A DNA stretch of 64,000 nt from a virus. Its lineage: Duplodnaviria; Caudoviricetes. A program made the translations under genes and the position numbers. The stretch covers positions 136,246 through 200,245 of IMG/VR virus record IMGVR_UViG_3300033066_001917. One strand, written 5' to 3'. Positions within the stretch are counted from its first letter, which is position 1. Every line of letters begins with the position of its first letter. The notes under the pieces were generated by a model. It worked only from the letters and a program-made list of their open reading frames with translations. It was not told the DNA's origin and ran no database searches. This document shows, piece by piece, positions 17,012 through 27,361 of this stretch.

Positions 17012-17197
17012 TACGATCCGATAGGGGCGAACTTGAGCGTTCCCGCTCTTTCGCTCGCTCTTTCAATCGTGAGAGTTTCGGTTTCATCGTCTTACTGCTT
17101 TGGTGCTTGTTATAGATGGGAAAACGGGGAAGGCGCAACGTCTATTGATTTTTTTTAACGAAAAAAGTTGAAGGAAGACGTTACATGGCCCCATTAG

Positions 17198-17277
17198 TGG
17201 GAAGTGATGGAATTGAACCATCATTACATTGTAGGGTTAACCCCCTACTTTGGTCCTAGTCTTTGGATGAACTTCCC
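17198..17277 (-). ncRNA. tRNA-like RNA with aberrant anticodon arm
   Basis: GGGAAGT/ACTTCCC-A, GATGG-TTCAATT-CCATC; central arm GTAGGG-GGTTAA-CCCTAC. Confidence 0.62.
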
Positions 17278-17336
17278 TTATGGTCTACTACCTTACGAAT
17301 CCGATAGTCTTCTGATTTGAAAAATCGAACTCCGGG

Positions 17337-17726
17337 TCACAACTCTACTTCAGTTACCCACAAAGTTGGTGGGGACATGGGGTCATGATGGGGGTATGCC
17401 TCGGCCACCCATCGCTCGAAAGGAGACCACAATTCTGTGGCAGATCTAATGCTTTCTTTGTAACGAGTAGGGATTTTGTCGATTGGGCAATTACCCTCCA
17501 AAAAAGCTCCGGATTTGACCCGGCCGACACAACGAGGCAAAGCAACCCAAAACCCTAAGAGTGTATTTTCAGATGCCTGAGATGGCATCCAGAAATCCCC
17601 CCTACCTTGTTTGCGGAGGTGGGCTTCGTACCGTGCCAAGGGCCCAAATTCCGGGTCCTCGTCATCGTAAGGCCATAAACCCATTGGGAGTTTAGACCCA
17701 AACATTATCCCTGAGATATACATCAC
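17337..17726 (-). CDS. hypothetical protein
   Basis: overlapping start/stop in operon. Confidence 0.55.
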   Translation of the reverse strand: MMYISGIMFGSKLPMGLWPYDDEDPEFGPLARYEAHLRKQGRGDFWMPSQASENTLLGFWVALPRCVGRVKSGAFLEGNCPIDKIPTRYKESIRSATELWSPFERWVAEAYPHHDPMSPPTLWVTEVEL

Positions 17727-17998
17727 TCACCTTCTAACTCAAAATAATCCAAGGGATTGGTACCTGTAGACATCCCGTGCTCGTCGAATGTGGCTACGAA
17801 TTCTGAACTTTCAGTGAGAAGCCGAAGGTTTGTTTCGGTTAGTACACAAGAAATGTCCGAATGCTTCCCTAGAACTTCACCGAAATTACATCGTTTGCCA
17901 ACTATTTTTCTGACATCATAGTCTTCAGCAACAAATATACCGGAAAGTTCACCCATACGGCCAAAGTCCTGGTGGAACCTATAGATCCCTAACGTCAT
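17723..17998 (-). CDS. conserved-looking phage protein
   Basis: GRMGELSGIFVA..FGEVLGKHSDI. Confidence 0.6.
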   Translation of the reverse strand: MTLGIYRFHQDFGRMGELSGIFVAEDYDVRKIVGKRCNFGEVLGKHSDISCVLTETNLRLLTESSEFVATFDEHGMSTGTNPLDYFELEGE

Positions 17999-18576
17999 AG
18001 TCCTCTTGTTACCGTCTCTTCTAGAAGATACGCCAAGATAAAGGCATGACCCATTGTCCGATTGGGATCATTGATGACCCCTTTCAATGTCAGACCTAAG
18101 CTGAGATAATCGTACCCATCGAAATCCCATAGGGTGATTGATCCATCTCTCCGATACTGGGCTAGAAGTTGAGCATAAGCATCGGTCTGAACTACTGCCC
18201 TGGCATAAAGAGGAAAATAGACTTTTTTCCTGGCATCTAGATAGGTGAGTTTCTCACCCCCCCACCAGCAAAAGGCCGGTTTTGCTCCTTTCCCCATGGG
18301 GTACCGATCGGCTCTTTTCTTATCCCAACCTGCCGCTGCCCATTGATAATAGTTTTCGGTGGGGAAGCCATCTCCACCTAGCTGATGGGGGTAAACCTTG
18401 GCATACTGCCAAGCGTTTTCCATATTTTGAGAGAACGGACGAGCGGCCCCTGAATATAGGGGCACGGGCCCCAGGTAGAAGGGGGATAACCCCCTACTCC
18501 AATTATCCGAATGACTTGTGGTGTTTATGCACCCCGGGATTCTCGGGTCTCTGGGGCCTATTACTCTAACTGGCAT
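17995..18576 (-). CDS. DUF6939-like protein
   Basis: TTS..LSPF, ENAWQYAKV, YLDARKKVY, LWDFD, GHA. Confidence 0.55.
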   Translation of the reverse strand: MPVRVIGPRDPRIPGCINTTSHSDNWSRGLSPFYLGPVPLYSGAARPFSQNMENAWQYAKVYPHQLGGDGFPTENYYQWAAAGWDKKRADRYPMGKGAKPAFCWWGGEKLTYLDARKKVYFPLYARAVVQTDAYAQLLAQYRRDGSITLWDFDGYDYLSLGLTLKGVINDPNRTMGHAFILAYLLEETVTRGL

Positions 18577-18889
18577 TGATGAAATTACCAGATGGACCTA
18601 ACATAACCCATTCATACCCCAACAAATCTTCGCACTTGCCGCAGTGGGGGGAGCTCAAAGAAGACCACACCCAGGATCCCGTTTGAGATTGGTATGCCTT
18701 GACCAAGGCCAGAAGAACATTTGGACCAAACACCTCTTGCTTTGAGTATTCGGTTCTACTTCTCTGAGCCGGAGTCATGTCGTACCAGGAACTCGGGGCT
18801 TTCTTCCTTCTAAGAAGGAGGTATAGGATTTTTTTCCCTGAGGTAATCTCTTCAATTCGATTTTTGGTTAGAACGTCCGATGTCCACAT

Positions 18890-19510
18890 TTAGAGAATTT
18901 CCTGCAAGAGTTTTGGGTCGTGCCCGTATCGGGTCTTGACTTTCTCAATCCAAGCATGGTTTTTGACTTTGAACATGGTGGGCTGGTACCCCCTCTTAAG
19001 GGGCGCCCCCTTACACACAACCCCCTCGAACGTCATACCTTCAAGGGTGCCGTTCCTAACTGAATCGAGAAAAGGTACCGTAGGATTCCCGGAGTATAGG
19101 ACTCCAGGTATCTCAACCTTTCCCTCGAACAGCTTTAGGAAATCCCTTGCCAGAGGCATCCCTTTCTTATAGATGTCAATGTCTATAAGGGTCGTGGTGA
19201 GGGTTGGGTCCTCCGGATCATGCATTCCCGCGAAAGATTTACTCCCATGAAACTCGAAGAAGCAGGTGACCATTTCAAACCGTTGATCCCGAAATATTCT
19301 GGATAGGTCTTCACCATATTTTTCGAGTGTCAGGTTGATAGCTCTCCCCATAGTGCCGTGGTCCTCAGACAGGAGAACTTTTCGACTTCCAAACTTGTGG
19401 AGACCGTGTTTCTTATCCCACTGGCATCTGACGTTCTGACCATCAAGTTTGTCAAAGGCAACGATTGGGATGTCTATGATTTTTCCGTCAAAAGATGGGT
19501 AGTGTTTCAT
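18890..19510 (-). CDS. ATP-dependent RNA ligase-like (Rnl2-type) nucleotidyltransferase
   Basis: KLDGQN (motif I), FEFHG, EGVVCK, FKVK. Confidence 0.75.
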   Translation of the reverse strand: MKHYPSFDGKIIDIPIVAFDKLDGQNVRCQWDKKHGLHKFGSRKVLLSEDHGTMGRAINLTLEKYGEDLSRIFRDQRFEMVTCFFEFHGSKSFAGMHDPEDPTLTTTLIDIDIYKKGMPLARDFLKLFEGKVEIPGVLYSGNPTVPFLDSVRNGTLEGMTFEGVVCKGAPLKRGYQPTMFKVKNHAWIEKVKTRYGHDPKLLQEIL

Positions 19511-19810
19511 TTTTCCAGCTTTCTCTTCACTCAGGGCTACCCTCGTACTGATCCACCAAAGTAGAACCCTCAATTTCCCACTGAACACCATTCACCGCAA
19601 GTTGGTGGCAGACTTTTCCAAACAATCCATCCATGAGAGCCTTTTTGGTCCTGAAACCTAAAGCGACCTCTGACCTTCGAATAACAGCTTCGGGTCTCAC
19701 CCCTTCAGTTGGCATTGTGCTGTAATCTTGAGCAAGTTCCCCAAAAGTCTTCGCTTCTTTATGGAGATGGCGAGCCAGAAGGATGAGAAATTCCTGATCT
19801 GTGATGGTTT

Positions 19811-20590
19811 TCATAACTGCTCTTTCCCTACAAGAAGATTCAACAGATGTTTTTTCAGTTCCGGGTTGTCAGTATTTTCATTTTCCGATGGTAGGGGGAG
19901 ATTACCCAAAACCTCCCAAGATGAATGCAAGGATTTTGATAGGATAAAGTCAATCATCCCTAGACTCAGGTGGTTTTCTCGAAGGATCTCGAATCCCAGA
20001 AGTCGGTCATATTCCCTTCTTTGAGGTTCCGTAAACAAAGCTCCGATGCAACCCTTCTCGCAAAGCCAAGCATGGACTTCCACATCGTAGAAGGTGTCAC
20101 CAATCCAAGGGGATCGGTAGGACACGGGACGAAAGACTAATGCCCTACCACACTCGGGACAGGTGGAACCTTGCCCCGCCAAATGAAGGTGGTTTCTGTA
20201 TTCGGAAGCTTGAGTTTTCAAATACTGAAGGAAAGAAAGGGGATTGTCCGTTAGCCCTCGAATCCCTCTTTGGGCTAACGCATGAAACAGGGTATGAAGA
20301 TCGGTCGACATATGACGGATCCTCTTCAAATGGTCCTCGGGTGGTTCGGTGACTGACGTACCAAGTTGTCGTCCTATTGCCGAAACGTCGTGCCCGAGGA
20401 TAATTTGGTGAAGTTGAGCTTTAAGATCTGGGGGGAAGTACGGGTGCTCACCACAGAGGGATACTTCCTGGACCAATCTTTCTTCTAGCTGAGAGAGGTC
20501 TTCGGTAATGTATGGGCTTTCTAGATCAACAGCTCTAAGAATGAGATCGAATTTGTCGAAGTAGGAACTCACAGAGAGGTTACTGATCAA
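19811..20590 (-). CDS. protein with YgiT/MqsA-type Zn finger
   Basis: CPECG..VEVHAWLCEKGC. Confidence 0.5.
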   Translation of the reverse strand: MISNLSVSSYFDKFDLILRAVDLESPYITEDLSQLEERLVQEVSLCGEHPYFPPDLKAQLHQIILGHDVSAIGRQLGTSVTEPPEDHLKRIRHMSTDLHTLFHALAQRGIRGLTDNPLSFLQYLKTQASEYRNHLHLAGQGSTCPECGRALVFRPVSYRSPWIGDTFYDVEVHAWLCEKGCIGALFTEPQRREYDRLLGFEILRENHLSLGMIDFILSKSLHSSWEVLGNLPLPSENENTDNPELKKHLLNLLVGKEQL

Positions 20591-21405
20591 TCTTTAGGTC
20601 TGGTCCACTTAACCCTGTTATTGGGGTTCTTTGCCCAAACCTCTTTGCCCTCATCTTCAGCCGCAATGGCGGCATCTTCTTCCTCTTCTGTGAGGTTCCT
20701 TTCCTCTTTCCCACCAAAAAGAAGAGAAATTCTACCCCCGTGATCAAGATGAATGCTATCCGGCTCCTCTTCTACCCATTCATAGAATTCGTCCTCTTCT
20801 TGACGGAGAACGTTCAACGTCAACATGGGTTGAGCAAAGTCAACCAGGATGACTTCATATGGACCACCCCAATAACATCCCTCCACAGCCAAAGTACGTT
20901 TGCTCGGGCTGGCTGTGTATGCCGCCCAACAGAAATTTGGTGGGGACTTGTAGTCTTTTGTCTCCCCAGTAGTCAGATTAACTACGGTTTGCGATTGGTA
21001 ATCCCTACCACACACAAGATAGTCATACCCATCTGGATGACCCTCTACGAAAAGGTACGGGAAGGATGAGTAGTTTCTGCAGATGGTAACGTTGGCCCCA
21101 CCAGAGATTACGCCCCGAGTGTAGGACCAGAAGTTAGCCCCTTGCGGGTGTGTGTGGACAGTAAGGGTGTATTTGCCGCTTGGATTTGTCACTGTTTTTG
21201 TTTTAAGTGGGTCCTCGGTTCCTGGTCGGCACCTGAATTCAACGTGGGCTTTGCTATAAGCTGCAAACACCCCAGGCTCAATAGCTTCAAACAACTCGGC
21301 ACGTTTGGTGCTGGGGCATTGACCTTTCGTAGCATCCAAGTAGGTTTGGAGTGCAGGGGTCATACCGTCAAAATGGAAGTCACTCATTTCCAACATTACT
21401 CCCAC
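20587..21405 (-). CDS. hypothetical protein
   Basis: 272 aa; SPSKRTLAVEGCYWGGPYE. Confidence 0.6.
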   Translation of the reverse strand: MGVMLEMSDFHFDGMTPALQTYLDATKGQCPSTKRAELFEAIEPGVFAAYSKAHVEFRCRPGTEDPLKTKTVTNPSGKYTLTVHTHPQGANFWSYTRGVISGGANVTICRNYSSFPYLFVEGHPDGYDYLVCGRDYQSQTVVNLTTGETKDYKSPPNFCWAAYTASPSKRTLAVEGCYWGGPYEVILVDFAQPMLTLNVLRQEEDEFYEWVEEEPDSIHLDHGGRISLLFGGKEERNLTEEEEDAAIAAEDEGKEVWAKNPNNRVKWTRPKD

Positions 21406-21831
21406 ACACCGATTCTGGCGCTATATCGCTCGAAGGTCTCAAATCGAATAGACTCTATCCCAGGGATCAAAAATTCAAAAGACACGATCCAGGCCCATGC
21501 CTCGTCACAATCTCGACTCTCAAGAATTTTTGCTAGATCCCTTTTGGCTTCGATCACATCAATCCACTCATTGTGTTCATTTTTGTAACCCGCCCACTCC
21601 ATACTAACCGCTTTTCTAGCTACACCTTCGGGCACGTTCTTGGGTCTAACTGATGGTTGGGATGGTTCAGGGGGTATCGGGGATTTTGCAAATTCCTGGA
21701 ACCATTTGTGGTTTAGGATCCAGAACACACTGGTATGAAACTCTTCCCAAGTTCCGGCAGGGAGATATGATGTGCCGTGTCGGGTTGAAACGATAATCAC
21801 ACCGGGGTAAAATACATTATGGGTCACGTTC

Positions 21832-22761
21832 TCACCGATCCTCTTCACACGTCCACCCATAGGACAGTCTCAGGCTGTCTGTAAGAGGGTCGTAATACCA
21901 GCCCGTAGATCCAGCACAAATGTCAAATTCTTTCAAACTGTTATTGATAATGACCGGAAAGAACAGTCTAGACTGACCCGCCCCCAGAAAATCATCGGCT
22001 TTGGGGGATTCCTTCCCATCCGAAGAAAAGTGTGGGTTGAGGCTACGACCGGCGTTAGGGAGTACAGGGTAGAAATCGTTAATCCAACCGGAGATGGTTG
22101 GATTCTCCGTGTGGCCAGAAGGTTGATAAAGGTCAGTCGCACCCACAGTTTCAAATCCCATTTTGTATCGGTATTCCCGAAATCGGTCCAAATGGAGAAG
22201 GATTCTATCCATCCACCCAACAACCCCAAAATCTTCCCAGTCGCAGAAGTTATTGTAAAGCAACTCCCAATCCCTTCTCTCACCACAAAGCATGATTTTG
22301 TCCACCCCTGTTTTCGACCGATTCCTTGTCGGAAATTTAGGCACCCGCCTTCGGTTCGGCTCTCCATTAAAAGCCACCCCGGCTTGTATGCCCATATCGG
22401 CGAATCCAACGGTAGTATTACCTTCAATTTGCTCCGAAAACAAAACGGTTAGGCTGGGCCTTTCCGGAAGGAAGCCGTTGATAAGATGTGCCTCAAATAC
22501 ATCTCTCGGCCCCAGAACCACAGGGATTTTAGCGGGCTTGGTATCTACGTCCAGGTCAACGGCGTGCAGCAAAGAAAGCAGATCCTTTGCCGGACCTTTG
22601 GTAGTCTTGCAGTGAAGTCCAAATTGACGGACAAGGGTTAACCACACATCGGTGGGGCTAATCATCGGACAGATGCCCGTCTCATGAGCCATGTCCATCA
22701 GACCCACAAGACCCCGCGTATCGTGGAAAACAGTATAACCATTTTGACAGGAGCAATTCAT
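21832..22761 (-). CDS. divergent DUF4419-family protein
   Basis: ISPTDVWL, LCGERRDW, ISGWINDFYP match the two clearer paralogues. Confidence 0.6.
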   Translation of the reverse strand: MNCSCQNGYTVFHDTRGLVGLMDMAHETGICPMISPTDVWLTLVRQFGLHCKTTKGPAKDLLSLLHAVDLDVDTKPAKIPVVLGPRDVFEAHLINGFLPERPSLTVLFSEQIEGNTTVGFADMGIQAGVAFNGEPNRRRVPKFPTRNRSKTGVDKIMLCGERRDWELLYNNFCDWEDFGVVGWMDRILLHLDRFREYRYKMGFETVGATDLYQPSGHTENPTISGWINDFYPVLPNAGRSLNPHFSSDGKESPKADDFLGAGQSRLFFPVIINNSLKEFDICAGSTGWYYDPLTDSLRLSYGWTCEEDR

Positions 22762-23294
22762 TGGTTTCTCCGAGCCATCATTTGCCGAATGAGAGGAAAT
22801 CTCATGTCTTCTTCCCCTTCTGACGCTAGACCTAACACTGCCTCCATGAAATCGAAAATAGTATTTTTGAAAGCGGTTAGTGGCACATCAACCTCCCCAG
22901 GAGGCTCACTGAATCGATAGTCCCCCCACGGGTAGGATTCTGGCCTCATGACCCACGAGATGTTCATTGCATCCCCTTTTCTCTGGAAAATGACATGAGG
23001 AAGACAGAAATAGGATGCCGCAAACTCCAGGTTGTGGATCTCTAGCCAGTCATAGGCTTCATCCGAGAAACGGGTTTCAATAGATGCCCGTTGAGCGAAA
23101 GGCATAGTCGAATCGCCCGGAAGGGACGACGGTGGCTCCATGTGATCCAGGAAATAAGGCCAGGAATAAGCTAACCAAGACGCGATATCTCGAAGATCCG
23201 CCATCTCTACGGTTCGCCCAACCACACCGGACACGGATGTTCCGGCCGTGAGAGATTTACCCCCCACAACAAGTTCAAAGGGTAGGGTTGTAGT

Positions 23295-23498
23295 ATGCCT
23301 ACCCTAATTGAATTGGGAGAAATGATCCCGGAAATCCTTGCCAAACTATCGACTCGATGGGCTTGGTTTCCACATAATATGATTGGCCACCCGCTCTCTG
23401 AAATCCTTTTCCAATTGGGAGAGCAGGAATGGTCCAACCGAATCCACGATTGGACCATTCCTGCTGGAGGGGCCACCTCAAAGACCGCTAGGGGTTGA
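23295..23498 (+). CDS. small His-motif protein on the plus strand
   Basis: WFPHNMIGHPLSE..IHDWTIP; fills the gap between minus-strand genes. Confidence 0.55.
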   Translation: MPTLIELGEMIPEILAKLSTRWAWFPHNMIGHPLSEILFQLGEQEWSNRIHDWTIPAGGATSKTARG

Positions 23499-23501
23499 CT
23501 T

Positions 23502-24536
23502 CTATTTGTCCTGTCTATCAACCACCGCCCAACCCATTACAGGGCGAACAGATTTATTATCAATGGTTATCCCTAGGTGCCCGGCGTAGAAATTCATAGG
23601 GTGCGACGACCCGCACACCCAATCAAAAGGAACTACCGTGTGCCCGCGTGGTACATTTGATGTACTGAGCTGGGATTTCGGTACCCCAACATAAGGGCTT
23701 TTGAAAAACTGAGTCCCCTTCGACAAATAAGGGAAAAGATTGATAAAAGATCCACTGATCGACCCACCACCTGACATTGACCGCTGTTTGTAGATGGTTT
23801 CCCAAAAATCCAAATCCACATCACCTTTTGAGGCACGAACGAATTGATCCAGGATTGGGGTCAAAGCATCAACCCACCAATCCAAGCCACACACCCGAAA
23901 ACCTTCTACTCTGGTTCGTATGGATTCCCAGTCACTTGTCTCTCCAAGCAAGGTGATTGTGGGGATACCGCAAGCCGTCATCATACCATAGGTGAAATAC
24001 TTCTGCATGGCACCCATAAGTTGTACATGCCCTACAACTTTCTCCACAGGTCCAGTCGTGGTGAAGTTATGGGCTGTGATGTCACCCGTTCCGGGAGTTG
24101 TGTTTCGATCAATCAACCTTTGAAATTCGGATAAAACCGAATCCCATGGGATTCCCGGTGATCCTTTTGAAAAAGGTACTACGACGGTAAGGGGTTTCTT
24201 ACCGTCGTGGGACACAAACTTGTGTCTTAGGCTCTCACTGTTTTCGTTGATGTGGGCCGAAAGCCCGCCACATAGAACACACCACAAGTCATCTGGGGAT
24301 AGGGTTAGTGGGATATGACCGTCGTAAGCAATGTGTACGGCCCCCAGAAATGGGTTGGCTAAAGGCTCCCATATCAAATCTCCGGGTAGGTTGAAAGCGT
24401 AGGCATCAGGTGTGACGTCCTTACACTTCTTTTTTACAAACGAGTCTTGAGGCGTGGGGTGGAACCCAAGGTATGGGTCATCCGATGTAGTACCAGTATT
24501 GATTTCAACGTCTGAAACTGGAAATGTGATTGGCAT
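23502..24536 (-). CDS. DUF4419-family protein
   Basis: AYDGHIPLTLSPDDLW, FTTT, CGIPTITLLGETSDW. Confidence 0.85.
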   Translation of the reverse strand: MPITFPVSDVEINTGTTSDDPYLGFHPTPQDSFVKKKCKDVTPDAYAFNLPGDLIWEPLANPFLGAVHIAYDGHIPLTLSPDDLWCVLCGGLSAHINENSESLRHKFVSHDGKKPLTVVVPFSKGSPGIPWDSVLSEFQRLIDRNTTPGTGDITAHNFTTTGPVEKVVGHVQLMGAMQKYFTYGMMTACGIPTITLLGETSDWESIRTRVEGFRVCGLDWWVDALTPILDQFVRASKGDVDLDFWETIYKQRSMSGGGSISGSFINLFPYLSKGTQFFKSPYVGVPKSQLSTSNVPRGHTVVPFDWVCGSSHPMNFYAGHLGITIDNKSVRPVMGWAVVDRQDK

Positions 24537-24544
24537 ACGGTTTG

Positions 24545-24844
24545 TTACCCCTCAAAACCATCCAGGACTTCCGATAACCCCAAATCTGGTAGGGCATCGG
24601 CTAACTTTGCTAAGGTGTCGCCGTGGCAAGGGCTTGGACTGCACCAACACCCCAGACGTTTCCCTTTTAGCTCCCGAAGCCTCGCTATGAGATGTGGCTG
24701 TGTCACAACCCATTCGCGGTGTTTGGTAATCACTTCTTCCCGGGTTCCATCTACCCCACACTTGAACGGATTCCCCCACACGGAAGGTCGACCTACATAG
24801 ATGTCATGGGGGTCCCTACAATGGACTACGGTAGTTTTAGGCAT
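24545..24844 (-). CDS. DUF4326-family protein
   Basis: YVGRPSVWGNPF..LKGKRLGCWCSPSPCHGD. Confidence 0.88.
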   Translation of the reverse strand: MPKTTVVHCRDPHDIYVGRPSVWGNPFKCGVDGTREEVITKHREWVVTQPHLIARLRELKGKRLGCWCSPSPCHGDTLAKLADALPDLGLSEVLDGFEG

Positions 24845-24868
24845 TCTTTTTGTACGCCCAGCGGTGGC

Positions 24869-25174
24869 CTATTCCTTTTGGTGAAGGTACTCGTGCAGAG
24901 CTCCGGGGAGGGGGACACCGGAAGGGAACCAGTTTTCCCCGTTGTCCCGATGGTACTCCTTGTCACTCTCGTGGGGACACGGGACTACATCGAAACAGGG
25001 GAGACCGCCGGATTCCCCGTCCAGGGTGACTAGGATGCTGAACGCCAGACCCTCCAGCTTCTCCTTCACATCGGGAACCCGATCCTCCCGTGCCCAATAC
25101 TTCACGAGCCCACGAATATAGTCAAGGAACATCGTGCGGACTTCTTCGGGGGTGTACTCTCTGGGCTCACTCAT
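24869..25174 (-). CDS. hypothetical protein
   Basis: GTAA-N8-ATG start. Confidence 0.6.
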   Translation of the reverse strand: MSEPREYTPEEVRTMFLDYIRGLVKYWAREDRVPDVKEKLEGLAFSILVTLDGESGGLPCFDVVPCPHESDKEYHRDNGENWFPSGVPLPGALHEYLHQKE

Positions 25175-25238
25175 GTTGACTCTTACTTCAACTGAAATCT
25201 ATTCAGATCACTTACAAGGTAATAGATAGCAACGTTCT

Positions 25239-26444
25239 ATGGATCCAAAAAACGTTACCTTTCGATACCTTATTGCTTCCAGTGGTTGGGGCAGAACACT
25301 GGATATGTTGATTTCAGAACTGGAATCTAAACTCCGTACGGCCAAAGCTGGGCCGTGGAAGTTCACCCCAACTGTCAATCAGACCCCTCTGGCACTGGGT
25401 AGGAAAACTGACTTCTTTGGAAAACGAACCGGACCTCTTGTTTCTGTGCCCCACGTTGGAGTGTCTCTACGGGCACAACTTAATCCCAACAATCCTTATG
25501 GGATCAAACCGGATAGCATCGGTTACTCCATTTTGGTTGCTATCACCGAGGACGGTGGTGCGATTTACAAACGCATTGGGAGCAAAGTCCAAGCGATCAG
25601 TTTGCTGAAACTGGTTGAGGATTCTGTCAAATGGATTCGTGACTTTGAGGATGGAGAAATAAACCTGATAGCTTTCAAGGCCCAGGTTTCACCACCGACC
25701 CCCAAACCCAGTGCCCCAGAGAGGAATGTAGAATCGGAATACAAGAAGTTCTACAATACCCTGGAAAATATTGCCCGGGGGATCAGCAAAGACCACCCAC
25801 TCTCTGGGCCCTATACTGTTGGTAAGGAGCGCCTTTTTGACCACCACAGTAACTCAGTTACTTTCATACCATTTCTTGAAATGAATCCGGATAAGGGAAA
25901 AAAGTACAAGGCTCATTACGTTTACCATAACCACCCCAGTCCTTTCCATACCCTCAAATTTGACTCTAAAGGGATATGGGAGCAAAAGCAAAAGAGCTTT
26001 TTAGCATGGAATTGGGAACCAAGAACGTTTGAGGAGCTTACCCGTGGATATAAACAAAGTTGGACCACTTTAGCTGACAAAATAGAGGCCGAAGCAGTTA
26101 AAGTGGAGAAAGAGGAATCGGAGCTACGGGCATTACCAGATGATAATAGTGTAGACATCCTAGATGTCGTCAAAGGGGCTATCTCCACCGTGTCCCGTCG
26201 TTTAGGGTGGGACAAAGATCCCGTAGAGGTTCACGGGAAAACAATCATTGGGTTCTACCGTAGCAAAAGTCTCCCAAAAGAAATGGAATATTACGATGAC
26301 TACGAAAGTGAAGTTGGAGCCGAGCTTACTAAAGCCGAAGACATCTTTCGGGGTCAGGTTGGGACTTGGATCCAGGAAATCCAATCACTAGATGTCGGTT
26401 TGGAAGATAAGGACTGGGTTTCCATCACCGTCACCCTCAAATGA
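25239..26444 (+). CDS. 401-aa hypothetical protein on the opposite strand
   Basis: long ORF, divergent from 25174 and convergent with 26446. Confidence 0.75.
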   Translation: MDPKNVTFRYLIASSGWGRTLDMLISELESKLRTAKAGPWKFTPTVNQTPLALGRKTDFFGKRTGPLVSVPHVGVSLRAQLNPNNPYGIKPDSIGYSILVAITEDGGAIYKRIGSKVQAISLLKLVEDSVKWIRDFEDGEINLIAFKAQVSPPTPKPSAPERNVESEYKKFYNTLENIARGISKDHPLSGPYTVGKERLFDHHSNSVTFIPFLEMNPDKGKKYKAHYVYHNHPSPFHTLKFDSKGIWEQKQKSFLAWNWEPRTFEELTRGYKQSWTTLADKIEAEAVKVEKEESELRALPDDNSVDILDVVKGAISTVSRRLGWDKDPVEVHGKTIIGFYRSKSLPKEMEYYDDYESEVGAELTKAEDIFRGQVGTWIQEIQSLDVGLEDKDWVSITVTLK

Positions 26445-26445
26445 G

Positions 26446-26769
26446 TCACCACTGATGGTTTTCTAGAGATTTTGCAGTTGACTCAAAGCTAACCCGCATG
26501 ATTTCTGGGAGCGTCGAATCTCTAGAAAGCTCCTTAGAGATTTGTAGAGCACGAAGATAATCACCGCTCTTTTTCATCCACACGATCGCCAGTTGGCACA
26601 TAGCACCTCGCGCCGTGGGAGTCCTGGCTCTCATGGCCAACTGAAGCTGGCGATCGGCTGCTCGTTGGTACAAACCAGAAGCAATGGTTGGTAGTCCCAT
26701 ACGCTCGGCTAGCCCAGCGGCAGAAATAATGTCCTCAATCTCTCTGTTTAGACTTTCCATGTTACTCAT
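26446..26769 (-). CDS. small helical (TPR-like) protein
   Basis: LYQRAA..KSGDYLRA; SD GGGGGG/GGTGA upstream. Confidence 0.5.
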   Translation of the reverse strand: MSNMESLNREIEDIISAAGLAERMGLPTIASGLYQRAADRQLQLAMRARTPTARGAMCQLAIVWMKKSGDYLRALQISKELSRDSTLPEIMRVSFESTAKSLENHQW

Positions 26770-26773
26770 CTCA

Positions 26774-27340
26774 TCACCCACCCCACGGAACCCACTCGAA
26801 AATATGAGTTGGGTCTTCCAAGCAAAAAGCCAACGAAGAATGACTATAATCACATTTTGACATGCACCAGGGACAAGGCATCCCCCCTGGCATCGAAGCC
26901 ATAGCTCCCTCTTCGAGATGATAACGGGGCTCTTGGACCATGTAATAATCGATTTCCGGGTGGAGATGTCCCATATCAACCGGAAGACCTCGTTTATCAA
27001 CGATTCTCTTTACAACCCACACACCTGGGACCGCAACGTACCCGGGATCCCATGTATTCCCGTAGTGTGGCTCACAGGAATAATGTGGGTAAGGACAAGC
27101 CCGTCGGTTTGATGTCGGTCGATAATAGGTATAGGAAATAGGTTTCCCAGAGGGGTCAGGCGTGCCGCGACCCCCCACCGTTGGTCCCCCGTAAAGACAT
27201 TTGAAGCAGCCTGGGGGTTTGTGGTAGGTTGGGTCTACGTAATCTTGGGGGGCAGTGATCCATTGCCATCCCATTCCATACATAGAATCATGGGCTGAAA
27301 GCATTCGGATGGGGTAGGTGGGTTTAGCAGTGACGGACAT
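26774..27340 (-). CDS. hypothetical Cys/Pro/Tyr-rich protein
   Basis: GTAA-N8-ATG start. Confidence 0.55.
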   Translation of the reverse strand: MSVTAKPTYPIRMLSAHDSMYGMGWQWITAPQDYVDPTYHKPPGCFKCLYGGPTVGGRGTPDPSGKPISYTYYRPTSNRRACPYPHYSCEPHYGNTWDPGYVAVPGVWVVKRIVDKRGLPVDMGHLHPEIDYYMVQEPRYHLEEGAMASMPGGMPCPWCMSKCDYSHSSLAFCLEDPTHIFEWVPWGG

Positions 27341-27361
27341 GAGTCCTTTTACGGATAGTCA

